A DNA stretch of 64,000 nucleotides from Naegleria gruberi. Taxonomy: Eukaryota. Where the stretch lies: assembly GCA_000004985.1 (NCBI GenBank), contig GG738845.1. One strand, 5' to 3'. Below are positions 20,761 through 32,523 of this stretch, piece after piece (position 1 is the first letter of the stretch; each line of letters opens with the position of its first letter). The translations under genes were made by a program, and so were the position numbers. Below the pieces are notes generated by a model. That model searched no databases, had not been told where the DNA came from, and saw nothing but the letters and a program-made list of their open reading frames with translations.

Positions 20761-20979
20761 CTCTAATTCAAGACAGTAAATGTATGGTCGTTTTTTTTGA
20801 TGTTATTATTAAAAGAGCGCCAATATCTTGATGTTGTAAGTAGACGTGATGATTAAGAACTGTTTGAGCACTTTTTTTGTCTTTGTCATTCGGAATGATA
20901 GACGTTTTTAAAAAAAAATTTATTTTCAATTTTATTCCGAACCAAAAATTATTCCGATGCTATCGTGGAAACAAAATCC

Positions 20980-20993
20980 TTTACCCGCCAAAT
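20980..20993. promoter_or_regulatory. E2F-like variant TTTACCCGCCAAAT in the DnaJ/SCC2 bidirectional promoter (an AGAGCGCCAATA half-site also at 20814..20825)
   Basis: cctTTACCCGCCAAATc lies 45 nt upstream of the SCC2 ATG (21038); compare TTTCCCGCCAAA-type E2F sites. Confidence 0.25.
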
Positions 20994-21037
20994 CTTGTTC
21001 TTGTTGGTGAAAGAAGTGCAAAATAAAAATTAAAAAA

Positions 21038-24000
21038 ATGTCTTCAAATAATAATCGGATACCTTTATCAAACAATGGATCAAGATTTATTGATGCCTTT
21101 CTTCCTCCTTTTTGTGCCCAATTTTCTATTATCAACGAAATGCCTCCACTGACTGTCAAAGAACAACCAATATTCAAAAATATCGATCATCCATCCAAAG
21201 ACTTGTACACTTATAATTTATTACAATGTCCTCATCACAAAGAGGAAGTAATTAAATGGCTTGATACCAATGATGAAAATTTAGTTGAAGGACTTTATAA
21301 TGTTCTCACTTCAAAACCAAGAATGGATGATGAAATGTAAGTTTTCAGCAAAAGGAGTTATAAATTCTTTGCCAAGTATTTTAAACTCTAATGGTGGTAG
21401 TTTAGTACAACAAGATTTGAATAATAATAGTAAGAATTCAGTACTTTTGAGTTCACTCTTAAAATTCCAGGAAGATAAAGAAAATCGACCAATCAATCCT
21501 TCACCTGTATCATATGATTTATATAAGAAATCTTTACAAAAAGAAACACCAAAAGTTACTTCTAATACTACACCAATCAAGATTCGTAAAGCTAGAAGAA
21601 ATAAGAGTAAGTTTTCACTAAACATTCATTTAAAATCTTCTATTTTAGAATTAATTGATGAAGTTGAGACACAAGAAAAACCATCTTCAACAGTATCTAA
21701 TGGTCAACCTTCAAAACTAGTAATTAATGCAAAACTTGCTCCAAAAACAACAAGTGTCGAAAAACTTATAGGAGCACTTGATGAACTTTTTGCATGGAGT
21801 GACTTTAGACAAAGCGAAGATGAATTGGTGGAAGAAAAATTTCTTAAGGATGTAGAAGTTGAAATAGGCTTGGCTCATAAAAATAATTATTTGAAAGAAG
21901 TACCTACGGAAAAATTAATTAAATTGTTAAGTGTGCTAGAGAGTCAAGTTAATGTAGGATTAGAATTAGTTAAAGTAGTATCAGAAACTTCAAGAGAAGA
22001 ATTAGTAGAATCTTTAAAACAAGATAAGGATAGTATTAGTAAGGCTTCAAGATGTGCTATACTATCATTTACTGTTATGTCTGGTAGAGGCGTTTCTAAG
22101 GAAACTCTAAATGAAGAATGTTTTGAAACCATTCTTGATTTTACCAAAACAGTTTTGAGAAAATATATTTATCCTATTGTAGAATCAGAAGAAGCTCCAA
22201 AAAAGAAAACAAGTAGAAAATACAGTTGCAATTCAGAGATGATTCAATTGTGTAAAATTTTCAAAAAATTAGACAAAATTCTTAGGAAACAGTCTTTGAA
22301 AGACGAATTTATTTTAACAATATCAGATATCGTTGTTTCTACTTTCTTTGTAAATGGTATTGATGATATACAACTTGCATCATTGGGTGTTATTACAAAA
22401 GTAAGTTTATTATTATTGATTCACAGAGGTATTAATAATCACAAAAAATGTGTTAATAGATTTTCTCTTCTTATCCAGATCACAGAGAACAAATTCTTGG
22501 TGAGATAACAGTTTCTCTTTTAAGGCTTCCAGCCAACAAGAAGACTGACAGAAGGTTTAGAATACCAGAAACTTCAATTCATATCCAAATGTTCACATCT
22601 CTTATGCTTCAATTAATTCATTCATGCACTGATATCAAACGAAATGAAACTTCTGTAGCAAGAAAACTCATCTTTGATAATGTTGAAAATAATTCAGATG
22701 ATGATCAGGATGATGATATTATGAAGGACTCAACTCCTGAATCAGAAGACATTATTATTACTACATATGAACAAGCTGTTCGTTGTGCCACAACATTTTC
22801 AGAGTATTTCTTGGAAAGATGTACAAAATCAGAATCTGTGGATGGAGATAATAGACTAATTATTGAACATTTTGTGGAGGATTTACTGGTGGTTCTTCCA
22901 TTGCCATCATGGCCAGCAGCAGATCTTTTACTTCAAGCGTTAGCTAACATTCTTTGCAATAAGTATCTCTCTCAAAAAGATATTGCTGATAAGTATAGAC
23001 AATTGGCTTTAAAAATTTTGGGAAAACTTGCTGCTAGAATTAAAGAACTTGAATTTAAAAATTTACAGTTCATGAAGGACTACATGTTAACAATGGAATG
23101 CGTACAGGATAACAATGGTGAAACTAGTAATACTATGGAGTTACATACTACCAAATTGCAAGATGAGTTTAAAACTTTATTTGAGTTGGACGAAATTGAC
23201 AAGATGAAACTTTCGCTATTCACATATCTCAATATGAAGCAAAAAGATTATCCAATGATTTCTTATTCTAAACAGTTTACAATCGCTCAGTGGTTTTATG
23301 ATGAAAGAGAAATAGAAAAGAAAGCACCATTCTACAAAACTTTATTATTGAGAGATGATACTGATACTGTAAACACGTATGTAGTATTTTAAATTATCAT
23401 TTATTAATTCCAATCCAAAAGACCCCTACAAGATGTCGAGTCACAAAATTTATATATTAATATTCTTTGTAACAGAAATTCAAGTATCATTAACAAGTTT
23501 GACTTTGTCTTTGGCCAAATTATTTCAGAACTGAAGGATGACAAACCAAAAGTCCGCGCAGATGCTATCAAAGCTTTACAAACAGTTATTAATATGGATT
23601 CATCTGTATTAATGAAAAATTACGTACAACTTGGAATTCGTGAAAGAACTGTAGATGCATTCCCTTCAGTGAGAGAGTCTGTTATTGATTTAATAGGAAA
23701 TGCTATGATAACTCTGAAAAGATATGAAGATTTTTATATCAGAATAATATTAGATAGAGTCAAAGATACATCAAAGAGTGTTAGAAAGAAAAGTATTACA
23801 ATTCTGGGAGAACTTTGTTCCTTAATTACTGAAGATAATATGATTACAGAAATTTGTAAAACTTTAGCAAGTAGATTAAGCCATCAAAACAAGGAAGAAG
23901 ATAATATCAAGGAACTAGTTTTAAAAACCTTCACAAAGCTATGGTTTGATAAAAATACCACAGAAAAATTCAAGCTAAGTGGGCTTCAAATTGTGGATGT

Positions 24001-26377
24001 TATAGGAAAGCAAGCAATAGATTTTAAACAGTACAAAGATCATTGGCTCTATCAAATTATTAATGTAAGTTATCATCTTTAATACTAACTATATTTAAAC
24101 TTTATTAACAGTTGGCCAGTATGTCAAAAGATCACGAAAAAATTCAAACTTCTCTTAAAATGATAATTGAAACTCTTATACAACATGTAATCAAATTGGA
24201 TAGCGAAGAAAAAAAAGCTACATCGCCTAGCGAGTTATTCAATAGGTTTAATATTGTAACTTGTATGAGTGCTTTACATTTGATTTGTCTAGCTGATCAT
24301 TCTTTATTTCTTTCTCACTTTAGAAATATTTCTGGTAAGTCGCAGAAAATTTAACCATCTAATTATTCAACCCATTAGTATATATTAAATCTGAGAATCA
24401 ACTCCCTCTTGTTTATCATGCTGTATGCATAGTTGATAAGTTATCTCCTTATATTAACAAACCAGAGCAAAAATTTTGCGATGTTCTCCAAAAAGAATTA
24501 GTGAAATTAATATTTTCATGTCCAGGTGTTAAACAAGAAATAATAGAGGCGTGTGTCAGCTGTTTGTGTAATTTTTGCTCAAGAATCAAAAATACTCAAT
24601 ATTTATACACTGTTCTTAATAATATATTCTCTTTCATAACAGTGTCAGATACTAATCTGCAAAGCGAAGCAAGAACTTGCAGATTGCTTTATGCAGCAGC
24701 ACTATTTTGCAGATATCACGACTTTGATAGTACTTCAGATATGATTGAAAATATTACCAATCAAAACTTGAAACCTGGAAAAATTGTACAAACTATTTAC
24801 AGCATCACTATTGGCTGGATTTCCAAATCGTCTGAATTGATCAAGCAAAAAGCAGCCAGATCTTTAGGATTCTTATTGATAAGACAACCTAAACTTTTCT
24901 TGGTAAAGCAAACTCAAACTGCTATTTCACAAAGCTTGTCCAGTGAAAATAGGGATTTTGTCTATGAAGTTGTCTTGATGTTTAAAGACTTTTTACTGGC
25001 TGAAGAATCAAAGCTAAGCTCCGCTACCCACCAAGAGAATATGGATGCCGGTGTAACATCAACTTTAATGTTAAGCTACATTGATGCATTGATTGCTCTT
25101 TTAGACGATACTACTGATTATATTAGGCATGCCACTCTAGAAGTTTTAGAATTAACTGTACAACAAGGATTAACTATTCCTTCAAAGATAATGAAATATA
25201 CATTGGCAATGGAATCAGATCCTAATAGTGATGTTAGAGAAAAAGCCCATACTATTAATTTATACCTTAAAGACAGATTTTTAAAAATGTTTACCAGTGA
25301 AGCCAGACATAGTTTTTCAAAGGCATTTATGCATTTGAATAATATTAATGAGAAATCTGTTATAGTGAAAGGAATAATTGATGGTAAAAGTGCCTTCCAT
25401 GGTATTTATTCATTGTGCNNNNNNNNNNNNNNNNNNNNNNNNNNNNNNNNNNNNNNNNNNNNNNNNNNNNNNNNNNNNNNNNNNNNNNNNNNNNNNNNNN
25501 NNNNNNNNNNNNNNNNNNNNNNNNNNNNNNNNNNNNNNNNNNNNNNNNNNNNNNNNNNNNNNNNNNNNNNNNNNNNNNNNNNNNNNNNNNNNNNNNNNNN
25601 NNNNNNNNNNNNNNNNNNNNNNNNNNNNNNNNNNNNNNNNNNNNNNNNNNNNNNNNNNNNNNNNNNNNNNNNNNNNNTACCTTTATGATAGAAGCTCTAA
25701 TTCATTTACCATATAAGAGCTTGTATGAAGTTGCCGAAATTGTAACTACTCTTGGTGAAAAATTGGATATGTTAGGAGATAGTGTGAAAGAAGAGCTTAA
25801 AAATCAAATCAAAAATGAGGAAAAGGAGTTGAAATATGTCAGAAAATACATTACACTATCATGCTGTTTATGTTTCTTGATTCAATTTAAAAACACACTC
25901 CAAGTTAGATATAATTTGACAAATTCAAAGATGGAAGAGTATTCTGCAGATTCAAAGTCCTTCATCAAAAAGATTATTACATCCTCCTCTATCAGGGATG
26001 TTTCTCTTGTGGAATTTAATTTAATAATTCCTAAATTAGTTAAAACTATCTCAAGTCAAGACTATGAAGATGAAACAATAGCTGAATTGTATCAATGGTC
26101 AAAAAAAATTATCAAGAGCCACATGCACGATGGTTTTAATGTTACAGTGGGAAAAGCAAAAAGAGGAAAAAGAAAAACTTCTACAACCAAAAAAACCACC
26201 AAAAAGAAACCAGCACCAAAAAAGAGGAAGAAGGCTGAGGAAGAGGAAGAATATTCTGGAGAAGATACTGAAGAAGACAATCCACCAAATGAGGAAGAAG
26301 AGAAAACACCCCACGAAAGTGCCTCTGAAGAGGAAGTTGAACCAATACAGACCAGGAAAAGAACAAAGAGAAAATAA
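21038..26377 (+). CDS. NIPBL: Sister-chromatid cohesion protein 2 / Nipped-B-like (SCC2/NIPBL) cohesin loader, multi-exon
   Basis: HEAT-repeat hallmarks: KVRADAIKALQTVINMDSSVLMKNYVQLGIRERTVDAFPSVRESVIDLIGN, SVRKKSITILGELCS and TFTKLWFDK. The C-terminus is K/E-rich. Seven same-strand ORF-track ORFs are joined through proposed introns 21337..21376, 22405..22478, 23377..23475, 24065..24111 and 24335..24378. An unresolved junction falls in gap 25419..25677. The first two introns are tentative. Confidence 0.7.
25419..25677. other. Assembly gap (N-run) inside the SCC2/NIPBL gene
   Basis: 259 consecutive n. Confidence 0.95.
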
Positions 26378-26383
26378 AAAAGT

Positions 26384-27808
26384 TTATTGACCTGGTTGTA
26401 CAAAAATATATTCCTTGGAGTATTTTAGCTTTGGAGTGACATTAGGGGTTAACTGCTTTCTCTCCTGTTCTGAATAACCATCACATCCAGGATTACTACA
26501 AGTAAAAATGCATACACAACCGAATTGCATTCCTTCCTCCACACCCTTCTTTACGTATTTATCTACCTGTAATTGATAAATTAGAGTAGGTAAAATCTCA
26601 AGTTCAAAAACTCTAGGAGCGCCACACTTGTCACATTTTGGAATGTAATCTGAAGGATTTGGCTCTAAATCATGTTCGTGATCCAATTCGTCCTCATCAT
26701 CACTGTGTTCAGAATCTTTTAAAGCTACTCTTTGTGCCTTTTCTTCCATTAGTTTTTTCTTAATCTGTACATATTTTGAAAGTAGATCTGTAGGTGCATC
26801 AGAAACCCATAATGGTTTACCACCGTATTGCCATCTTATTGACTGGTTAGGGCATTTTGCAAGAATAGTTTGAAAGTGTACAAAAGCAAGACTAATCTTT
26901 TGAGACTCAGGAATTTCAACTCCTTGGTTTGTTTCAGCATGTGTTTCATCATCTGTTTCTTCACTATGCTCTCCTTCTACTTTATCACCTTCTTCGGTTT
27001 CCTTGAAATTAATTCCTTGAATCTTTTCGCTCATAAATTTCTTTGCAAATGCCTCAGCTTCAACACCTTCGTTCACTTCTTCATTTTTCAATTCCTTTAA
27101 TAATTTCATTTCTTGGGAATCCTCTGGAAATTCTTCATCTTCTGGTTCCTCATAAATATCCAAAGCAAAACATGGTAAATTTCCTTCTGAAACTGCCAAA
27201 GAAACCTTCTTCTTCTTTTTCTTAGTAGTTTCCTTTTTGGTTACTTTTTGCAAAGAAGAAGCTTGATTTGCAAGTAAATTATCTAACTCCTTGTCATCAA
27301 CTGTTTGATTCCAATCCGTAACTTGTTCGGTATTAACTTCTAATTTAACTTGATCTTTTGGCTTGTTTTTTTGCTTTTCGACCCTCTTTTCATCTACTTT
27401 GAATTGTGTTCTTAAACAGGTCCATGCATTGCTCTTTTCACTACAACTTGCATTATTACAACCAAACACATATAAAAAACGATCATAGCCAGCAATAGGA
27501 ACATAGCATTGGGTGACCAGGAATAATTTAGATGAACAAATCCCACACTTTAATTTTGGAAGTTGTGGAACAAGGTTTGCGATATCCTTATCACTTCTTC
27601 CCTTCAATTCCATAATATCAAGTTCACTCTCCGAGATCCAAGCAGGATTTCCTCCTAGTTTGTTAAAATATGGATCATTATCATCAGGAGTATTTTCACC
27701 AACTCTTTGTTCTGGTTCTCCAATCCAAGGATATTCTTCAAAATAATTACTTTCAAGACCAAATTCTTTTAAATCTTGCTCCGAAGATGAAGAGCCTATG
27801 CTTAACAT
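26384..27808 (-). CDS. PDCD2: Programmed cell death protein 2 (PDCD2/Tsr4-like)
   Basis: N-terminal KCGICSSKLFLVTQCYVPIAGYDRFLYVFGCNNASC. PDCD2_C-like KCDKCGAPRVFELEILPTLIYQL...CVCIFTCSNPGC. Confidence 0.7.
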   Translation of the reverse strand: MLSIGSSSSEQDLKEFGLESNYFEEYPWIGEPEQRVGENTPDDNDPYFNKLGGNPAWISESELDIMELKGRSDKDIANLVPQLPKLKCGICSSKLFLVTQCYVPIAGYDRFLYVFGCNNASCSEKSNAWTCLRTQFKVDEKRVEKQKNKPKDQVKLEVNTEQVTDWNQTVDDKELDNLLANQASSLQKVTKKETTKKKKKKVSLAVSEGNLPCFALDIYEEPEDEEFPEDSQEMKLLKELKNEEVNEGVEAEAFAKKFMSEKIQGINFKETEEGDKVEGEHSEETDDETHAETNQGVEIPESQKISLAFVHFQTILAKCPNQSIRWQYGGKPLWVSDAPTDLLSKYVQIKKKLMEEKAQRVALKDSEHSDDEDELDHEHDLEPNPSDYIPKCDKCGAPRVFELEILPTLIYQLQVDKYVKKGVEEGMQFGCVCIFTCSNPGCDGYSEQERKQLTPNVTPKLKYSKEYIFVQPGQ

Positions 27809-27894
27809 TTTTTTTAAAACTTATTTTAATTCAACAAGTATTGCTACCAACCGAGATTTGATGCATAATAAGAATATTATTTATTATTATTGTA

Positions 27895-30774
27895 TTACAT
27901 TTCTTGCTTGGTCATACTATCGGCAATACTATTATTAAATCTGATAGAATCTAATCTCTCCAGTTCTCCTTGAAAATAGTTGGCCAAGTGGATCTTTACA
28001 AACTCCAAAATCTCTAAAACATTGTACTGGGTGAGTGTAGTATCTTTCCTTTCTTTACCTTTCCACAAATAAATAGGCATTTTGATGTTTTCGACACCAT
28101 ACTCTTTCATCATTATCAACAATTCCTCTATTATCATTTGTGTCTTTGGAAGAATGTTAATGTTCAAATCCATTAAAAATGTTCTCCTTCCCTTTGCATT
28201 AGGAGATTTTGGACAGATCACAAGTGACTTCTTAATGTATTTAATATGCTTTCCAAGGGAGTTTACAATTCGTTCCACTCTTTCAACTGTAAAATCATCA
28301 AATGGTATTTCGAAAGTGAATACGTCGGTTGTCTTAATGTCTTCATCACTCCATGATTTAGAAAGTTTTTGAGGTGATTCATTTGGCTTATATCTCAAAA
28401 CTAAACCATCAGGAGTGCTCACATAACCTGTTGGTATTATTCTCGATCCAGTGGTATTTGCAGCCAACCTATGAGCTTTCACAAAGCTGTCTTGAGCTTT
28501 TTGTTTCTTAACCCTCATATCTTTACTTTCATACCATTGCCCCAGTTTTTTACAAAGATAGACAGTATTCTCAAATTGTCTTTTTTGAATAGAGATACTA
28601 ATAGAGCTTCTCGAAACGATACTCCTAGCACTTGCAATGCTTCCAACTACAGAACTGTTGGTACTATGATTTTTCATTGGTGAGTCAATCATAATTGGTG
28701 AATAATTCTCCACTGGTCTACCTTTGATTTCCTTTTGTGGACTTTCAATAGATTCTCTTATTGAGTCTGATTTGGAATCTGCAGATTCAACCTCAATCAC
28801 CTCTTGTTCTTTGGCCATTACATCTCCAAATTGGTTAATAAATGAATCCTCTGCATCACCTAGCAATTGATTGGTCTTTTCAGGAGAGTTTTTTGGTCTT
28901 GGTGTCATTTCAGAATCAGAAGATAGATAAGGAGGTTCATTTTGTGCTTCTTTTGTTGGTGACTCCATTTCTTTAACAGGTGAGGATGTTACAGGATTTT
29001 CAGACAAAGTCTCATGAATAGCAAAACTTAATATAAAATGATTGATTTTTCCCTTGATTTTGTCATCGTCATCCATGAACTCAGAATGAAGATCAGAGTA
29101 AATATCAGATCCCTCAGCTTCAACTTCTTGAGAGCTGAATATATCTTTCAATGTTGATGTATTTAGTAATCCTTTTCCTAGAGCTTTGAATTCTGAGTAA
29201 ATGTTAATTCCCTTCTCATCAACGGCTCTAATATCTGAAAAATATTCTGGTTCTGCATAGCTCAAATGCTTCAATAAAGCTCCTCTTAATGTTGACATCC
29301 ATAGAGGAAAAGCAGTCAGTTCTGTATTGACTTGTTTTCTTGAATGAGGGCTTTGCAAAAACAGAATAGCCAACACAATAGAGAGTTCAACTTTGAGTAA
29401 TTTGTGAGCTATCATGGTAGAATTTTGTTTTTGCTTGCTATTAGTTTTGTTTTGTTCTAATGATGATTTCAATAAAACAGAGAGTGTTTGAAAATGACCA
29501 ACAATAAGTCTTGAAACTTTTTCTTCGTAAGGTGAGGTTTGCAAAAGGTATCTTAAAGCTCTTACAGCTAGAGAAGCAGGTCTAACTGTACATTGTTTCA
29601 AAACTCTGATAAATGATTTCCAATATCCTTTTGAAATAAACTCTCTATGTACATCTAAGAATAATTCCTTTCTTCCATCAGAATTTTCTGCAATTTTCGA
29701 ACTGAACAAGGTTTCCAGCAACTTACAAACTGCCTCAAGAACATCCCTTGAAGAGTCTTTAGTTAATCTGTCATTCAATACTTTACAAAGAGTTGGAACA
29801 GAAACAAACTGGGTTGCCTTTGGATCACTCTTAAATATAATTTCAATAATTTCTGCCGATAATGCTCTAACCTCTTGACTTGAATCGATATTTAAAACCT
29901 TGATACACACTTGAAGAGTATTTTCTTTCAACAATTCATCTGGGTAATGATTACTGAACTCTCTCAAAATTGCACAACAATAGCTCCTTACCAATGCATT
30001 CGAGTCACTTTCCAAGCATTTCAAAAGTTGACTAACTCCCTTTTGAAGAAGTAATGCAAGTCTTCCAACTTCGTTACGAACAACAAAGAAAAACAAACAT
30101 TCGGCCACTGCTAAACGAACTTCTTCATTTCCACTATTTGGAATACCTTCTTCCCTATCTTTTTCAAACAAAAATTCCATTAGCACATCTATACCATGCT
30201 CATCAGCAATAGCTTCAGCACACATCTTTGAAAGTGCTTTTAACTTTTGGTCATCCACGGTCTGTTCATACATATTCCTTGATTCATACGAACATATACT
30301 AACGAACTTGCTCATACATTTTAAAGCATAAATTTTCAAATGATTTAACAATTGATCCGTTTCGATTGCAATTTGAAGTTGATAACCTCCTTCCTTAGAA
30401 GATTCAATATAAGCATTGGATTTTGTGAACTGAGGAACACTAACAAAATCCAATAGGAGAGAGATGAAGGTATATTCCTCTTCCTTCTCTAAAGCATTAT
30501 CAAATACTAATGCCTTCAATCTTTCTGGCTCAGGGTCTGATGACAGAAGAGTAACTGCTAATTGGAAACATTCCAATGCTTGATCAATACTTTCCATCGA
30601 TAAATCCTTAGAGGCTTGATTAAGAAACCTTCTAATGTTTGATAAACAATCATAAAGACACTCGCAAATATTTTTCATGCAATCAGCTTCTTCCTCAATG
30701 GAAGGAGCAGGCTCAGAGCCGTAAAAACCTTTCTTTCTTGACTTTGATATATTTTCATCATTAAAGTCTTTCAT
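27895..30774 (-). CDS. Large ARM/HEAT-repeat-like protein (959 aa) of unknown function
   Basis: Single long ORF. Alpha-solenoid-like N-terminal two thirds (LVRSYCCAILREF, SQEVRALSAEIIEII), a Ser-rich linker and a conserved-looking C-terminal domain. Confidence 0.4.
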   Translation of the reverse strand: MKDFNDENISKSRKKGFYGSEPAPSIEEEADCMKNICECLYDCLSNIRRFLNQASKDLSMESIDQALECFQLAVTLLSSDPEPERLKALVFDNALEKEEEYTFISLLLDFVSVPQFTKSNAYIESSKEGGYQLQIAIETDQLLNHLKIYALKCMSKFVSICSYESRNMYEQTVDDQKLKALSKMCAEAIADEHGIDVLMEFLFEKDREEGIPNSGNEEVRLAVAECLFFFVVRNEVGRLALLLQKGVSQLLKCLESDSNALVRSYCCAILREFSNHYPDELLKENTLQVCIKVLNIDSSQEVRALSAEIIEIIFKSDPKATQFVSVPTLCKVLNDRLTKDSSRDVLEAVCKLLETLFSSKIAENSDGRKELFLDVHREFISKGYWKSFIRVLKQCTVRPASLAVRALRYLLQTSPYEEKVSRLIVGHFQTLSVLLKSSLEQNKTNSKQKQNSTMIAHKLLKVELSIVLAILFLQSPHSRKQVNTELTAFPLWMSTLRGALLKHLSYAEPEYFSDIRAVDEKGINIYSEFKALGKGLLNTSTLKDIFSSQEVEAEGSDIYSDLHSEFMDDDDKIKGKINHFILSFAIHETLSENPVTSSPVKEMESPTKEAQNEPPYLSSDSEMTPRPKNSPEKTNQLLGDAEDSFINQFGDVMAKEQEVIEVESADSKSDSIRESIESPQKEIKGRPVENYSPIMIDSPMKNHSTNSSVVGSIASARSIVSRSSISISIQKRQFENTVYLCKKLGQWYESKDMRVKKQKAQDSFVKAHRLAANTTGSRIIPTGYVSTPDGLVLRYKPNESPQKLSKSWSDEDIKTTDVFTFEIPFDDFTVERVERIVNSLGKHIKYIKKSLVICPKSPNAKGRRTFLMDLNINILPKTQMIIEELLIMMKEYGVENIKMPIYLWKGKERKDTTLTQYNVLEILEFVKIHLANYFQGELERLDSIRFNNSIADSMTKQEM

Positions 30775-30908
30775 TATTAAATATCGGTTAAAATAAAGGT
30801 TTGCTTTTGTTATTTTTTTTAAGGATGAATTTCGTAACGTTTTTGCAAGCTTCTACTGTAGGTGAAGAATGTTGTACTGAATATTGATTTAAATTTTATT
30901 TAAAAAAA

Positions 30909-31784
30909 ATGTTAAACTCATCATCTTTGCTAGCACACAGCCGCTCATATATTCGTACCCTCTCACAAGTGGGACGTAATACCATCAACAAAAACGGATT
31001 TAATATTAATTCTATTATGATGAACCAAGAACAATTTAGAGGAATTAAAAGTAATCCAAAAGCTGGAAAGAGTCAAAAGGGTCAATCACTCTTTACTCGT
31101 CAAAAACCTAGTGTTACATTCTTGGAGGAAATTGCAGAACCTTATATTCCAAAACTTTACAGTACCAATAATCCATCATCAGGAATTAAAGAAACCTTCT
31201 CAAGACTGTGGTTTCAATTTTTGAAGGTTTTAAGTCACAACAGATCTCTTTTCCGTATTTTCAGAAGATTGGGAAGTCAATTTGGAGTTAAAGGCAATGC
31301 TAATTTTCAAAAGGAAGTTTTTGAACATTTTCTAGAGTATAAAAAAGGAATTGCAAATAACGACCTCAAGAAATTGAACAAAGTTTGTACATCAAGAGTC
31401 TTAACTCAACTAAAGAGAGATAGTAGACATAATTCAGAAAAATATCAAATTGAATTAACTACAAATTCTAAACCAAAGGTTGTTCACTCTTTCATTTTGG
31501 ATGTTAATCAAAACAAAGAAATAGCACAAGTAACTGTTAAAATGGATTTGAATGAGAAATTATTCAGCAAACAGGATATAGCTGGTGGAAAACAACAATT
31601 GAACCTTGAGTCTGATGAAAACAAAGTATATTATGTAGTATTTGAGAAACCATTAGATGATTTCAGCAAACAATGGATGATTGCTGGTTTTGTTGATCCT
31701 GCCAAAAAGTATATCGAACCAACAACAAAAGAAATCATGTATGGCGGAAGTGCACAAAAATTAACAAATGCAAATGAAATATAA
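30909..31784 (+). CDS. Probable mitochondrial Tim44-like domain protein (MRPL45/Mba1-like)
   Basis: Presequence-like N-terminus (MLNSSSLLAHSRSYIRTLSQVGRN) and a C-terminal WMIAGFVDP motif. Confidence 0.3.
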   Translation: MLNSSSLLAHSRSYIRTLSQVGRNTINKNGFNINSIMMNQEQFRGIKSNPKAGKSQKGQSLFTRQKPSVTFLEEIAEPYIPKLYSTNNPSSGIKETFSRLWFQFLKVLSHNRSLFRIFRRLGSQFGVKGNANFQKEVFEHFLEYKKGIANNDLKKLNKVCTSRVLTQLKRDSRHNSEKYQIELTTNSKPKVVHSFILDVNQNKEIAQVTVKMDLNEKLFSKQDIAGGKQQLNLESDENKVYYVVFEKPLDDFSKQWMIAGFVDPAKKYIEPTTKEIMYGGSAQKLTNANEI

Positions 31785-31858
31785 ACCCAAAGGGCAGAAG
31801 AAATTCTTGTTTACAATTAATTTAATAAATTCCAAATGTAGGGATGTTGGTTTAAGCT

Positions 31859-32368
31859 TTAGTTGTCAATACCATACTTTTCCATTTCTTCAAGTCTCTT
31901 TTCACGAAGTTCTTTAGCTTGTTCTTTTTGTTTTGTGGTCATAGGGATTAAAGTAGCTGGGTGAATGGCAAGTGTTGGTTGTAAAAAGTGTCTGTAGAAA
32001 GCCCATAATGAAATGGCCCATCCTAAGAAATAAACGGTGTGCAAGAGAACATCTTTTGATGATAATGTAGTGTATGTATCCTTATAGGCCCATTGTTTTT
32101 GACCAGCTCCGTCTTCCCACCAAACATCATAATTATCATCAAAACCACTATTATTAATATTATATTGTTGTGGTCCACTGTATGGCAATTCATATTCTGG
32201 TTGTTTTCTAGACAAATCAACGGTAGTACGCTTTAAGTGTCCTGGTGCAGGATCCATTGGAGAACGTTCTGATGATGATGATGCAAAACGTCTTTGAAGA
32301 ATTGGCAAAAGATAATTCTTTTGGAGGTTGTTGTTCTTCAAAAGAGAACAAAGGATTTGCTTGTTCAT
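31859..32368 (-). CDS. Probable mitochondrial single-pass membrane protein (respiratory-complex accessory-subunit-like)
   Basis: Presequence-like N-terminus (LQRRFASSSS), then a DVWWEDG motif, one TM (VYFLGWAISLWAFY) and a charged tail. Confidence 0.25.
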   Translation of the reverse strand: MNKQILCSLLKNNNLQKNYLLPILQRRFASSSSERSPMDPAPGHLKRTTVDLSRKQPEYELPYSGPQQYNINNSGFDDNYDVWWEDGAGQKQWAYKDTYTTLSSKDVLLHTVYFLGWAISLWAFYRHFLQPTLAIHPATLIPMTTKQKEQAKELREKRLEEMEKYGIDN

Positions 32369-32523
32369 TTTTTTAAATATTTAATTTATTTTTTTATTTT
32401 TCAAAAATTTCTTCCTCTTGCTGTTGTTTCAATAGCTCTTCTTGAATTATTGCTAATTGTGATATCAAGGATTGATATTCTGTATCCGAGAGATTGTTTT
32501 CATTTTCATTTAGAAAACGAGAT

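Noticed and set aside
22401-22478. Strong-looking in-frame intron (gtaagt…ttatccag, 78 nt) in SCC2
   Set aside because: Using it keeps the ORF in a frame that terminates at 22508, whereas the well-conserved downstream frame (HREQILGEITVSLLRLPANKK…) needs a phase-1 junction. I adopted donor 22405 (gtttat) with the same acceptor. Either choice needs transcript data.
25378-25716. ORF-track entries consisting mostly of X (25378..25716 and the first 87 codons of 25415..26377)
   Set aside because: They are artefacts of translating the N-run assembly gap.
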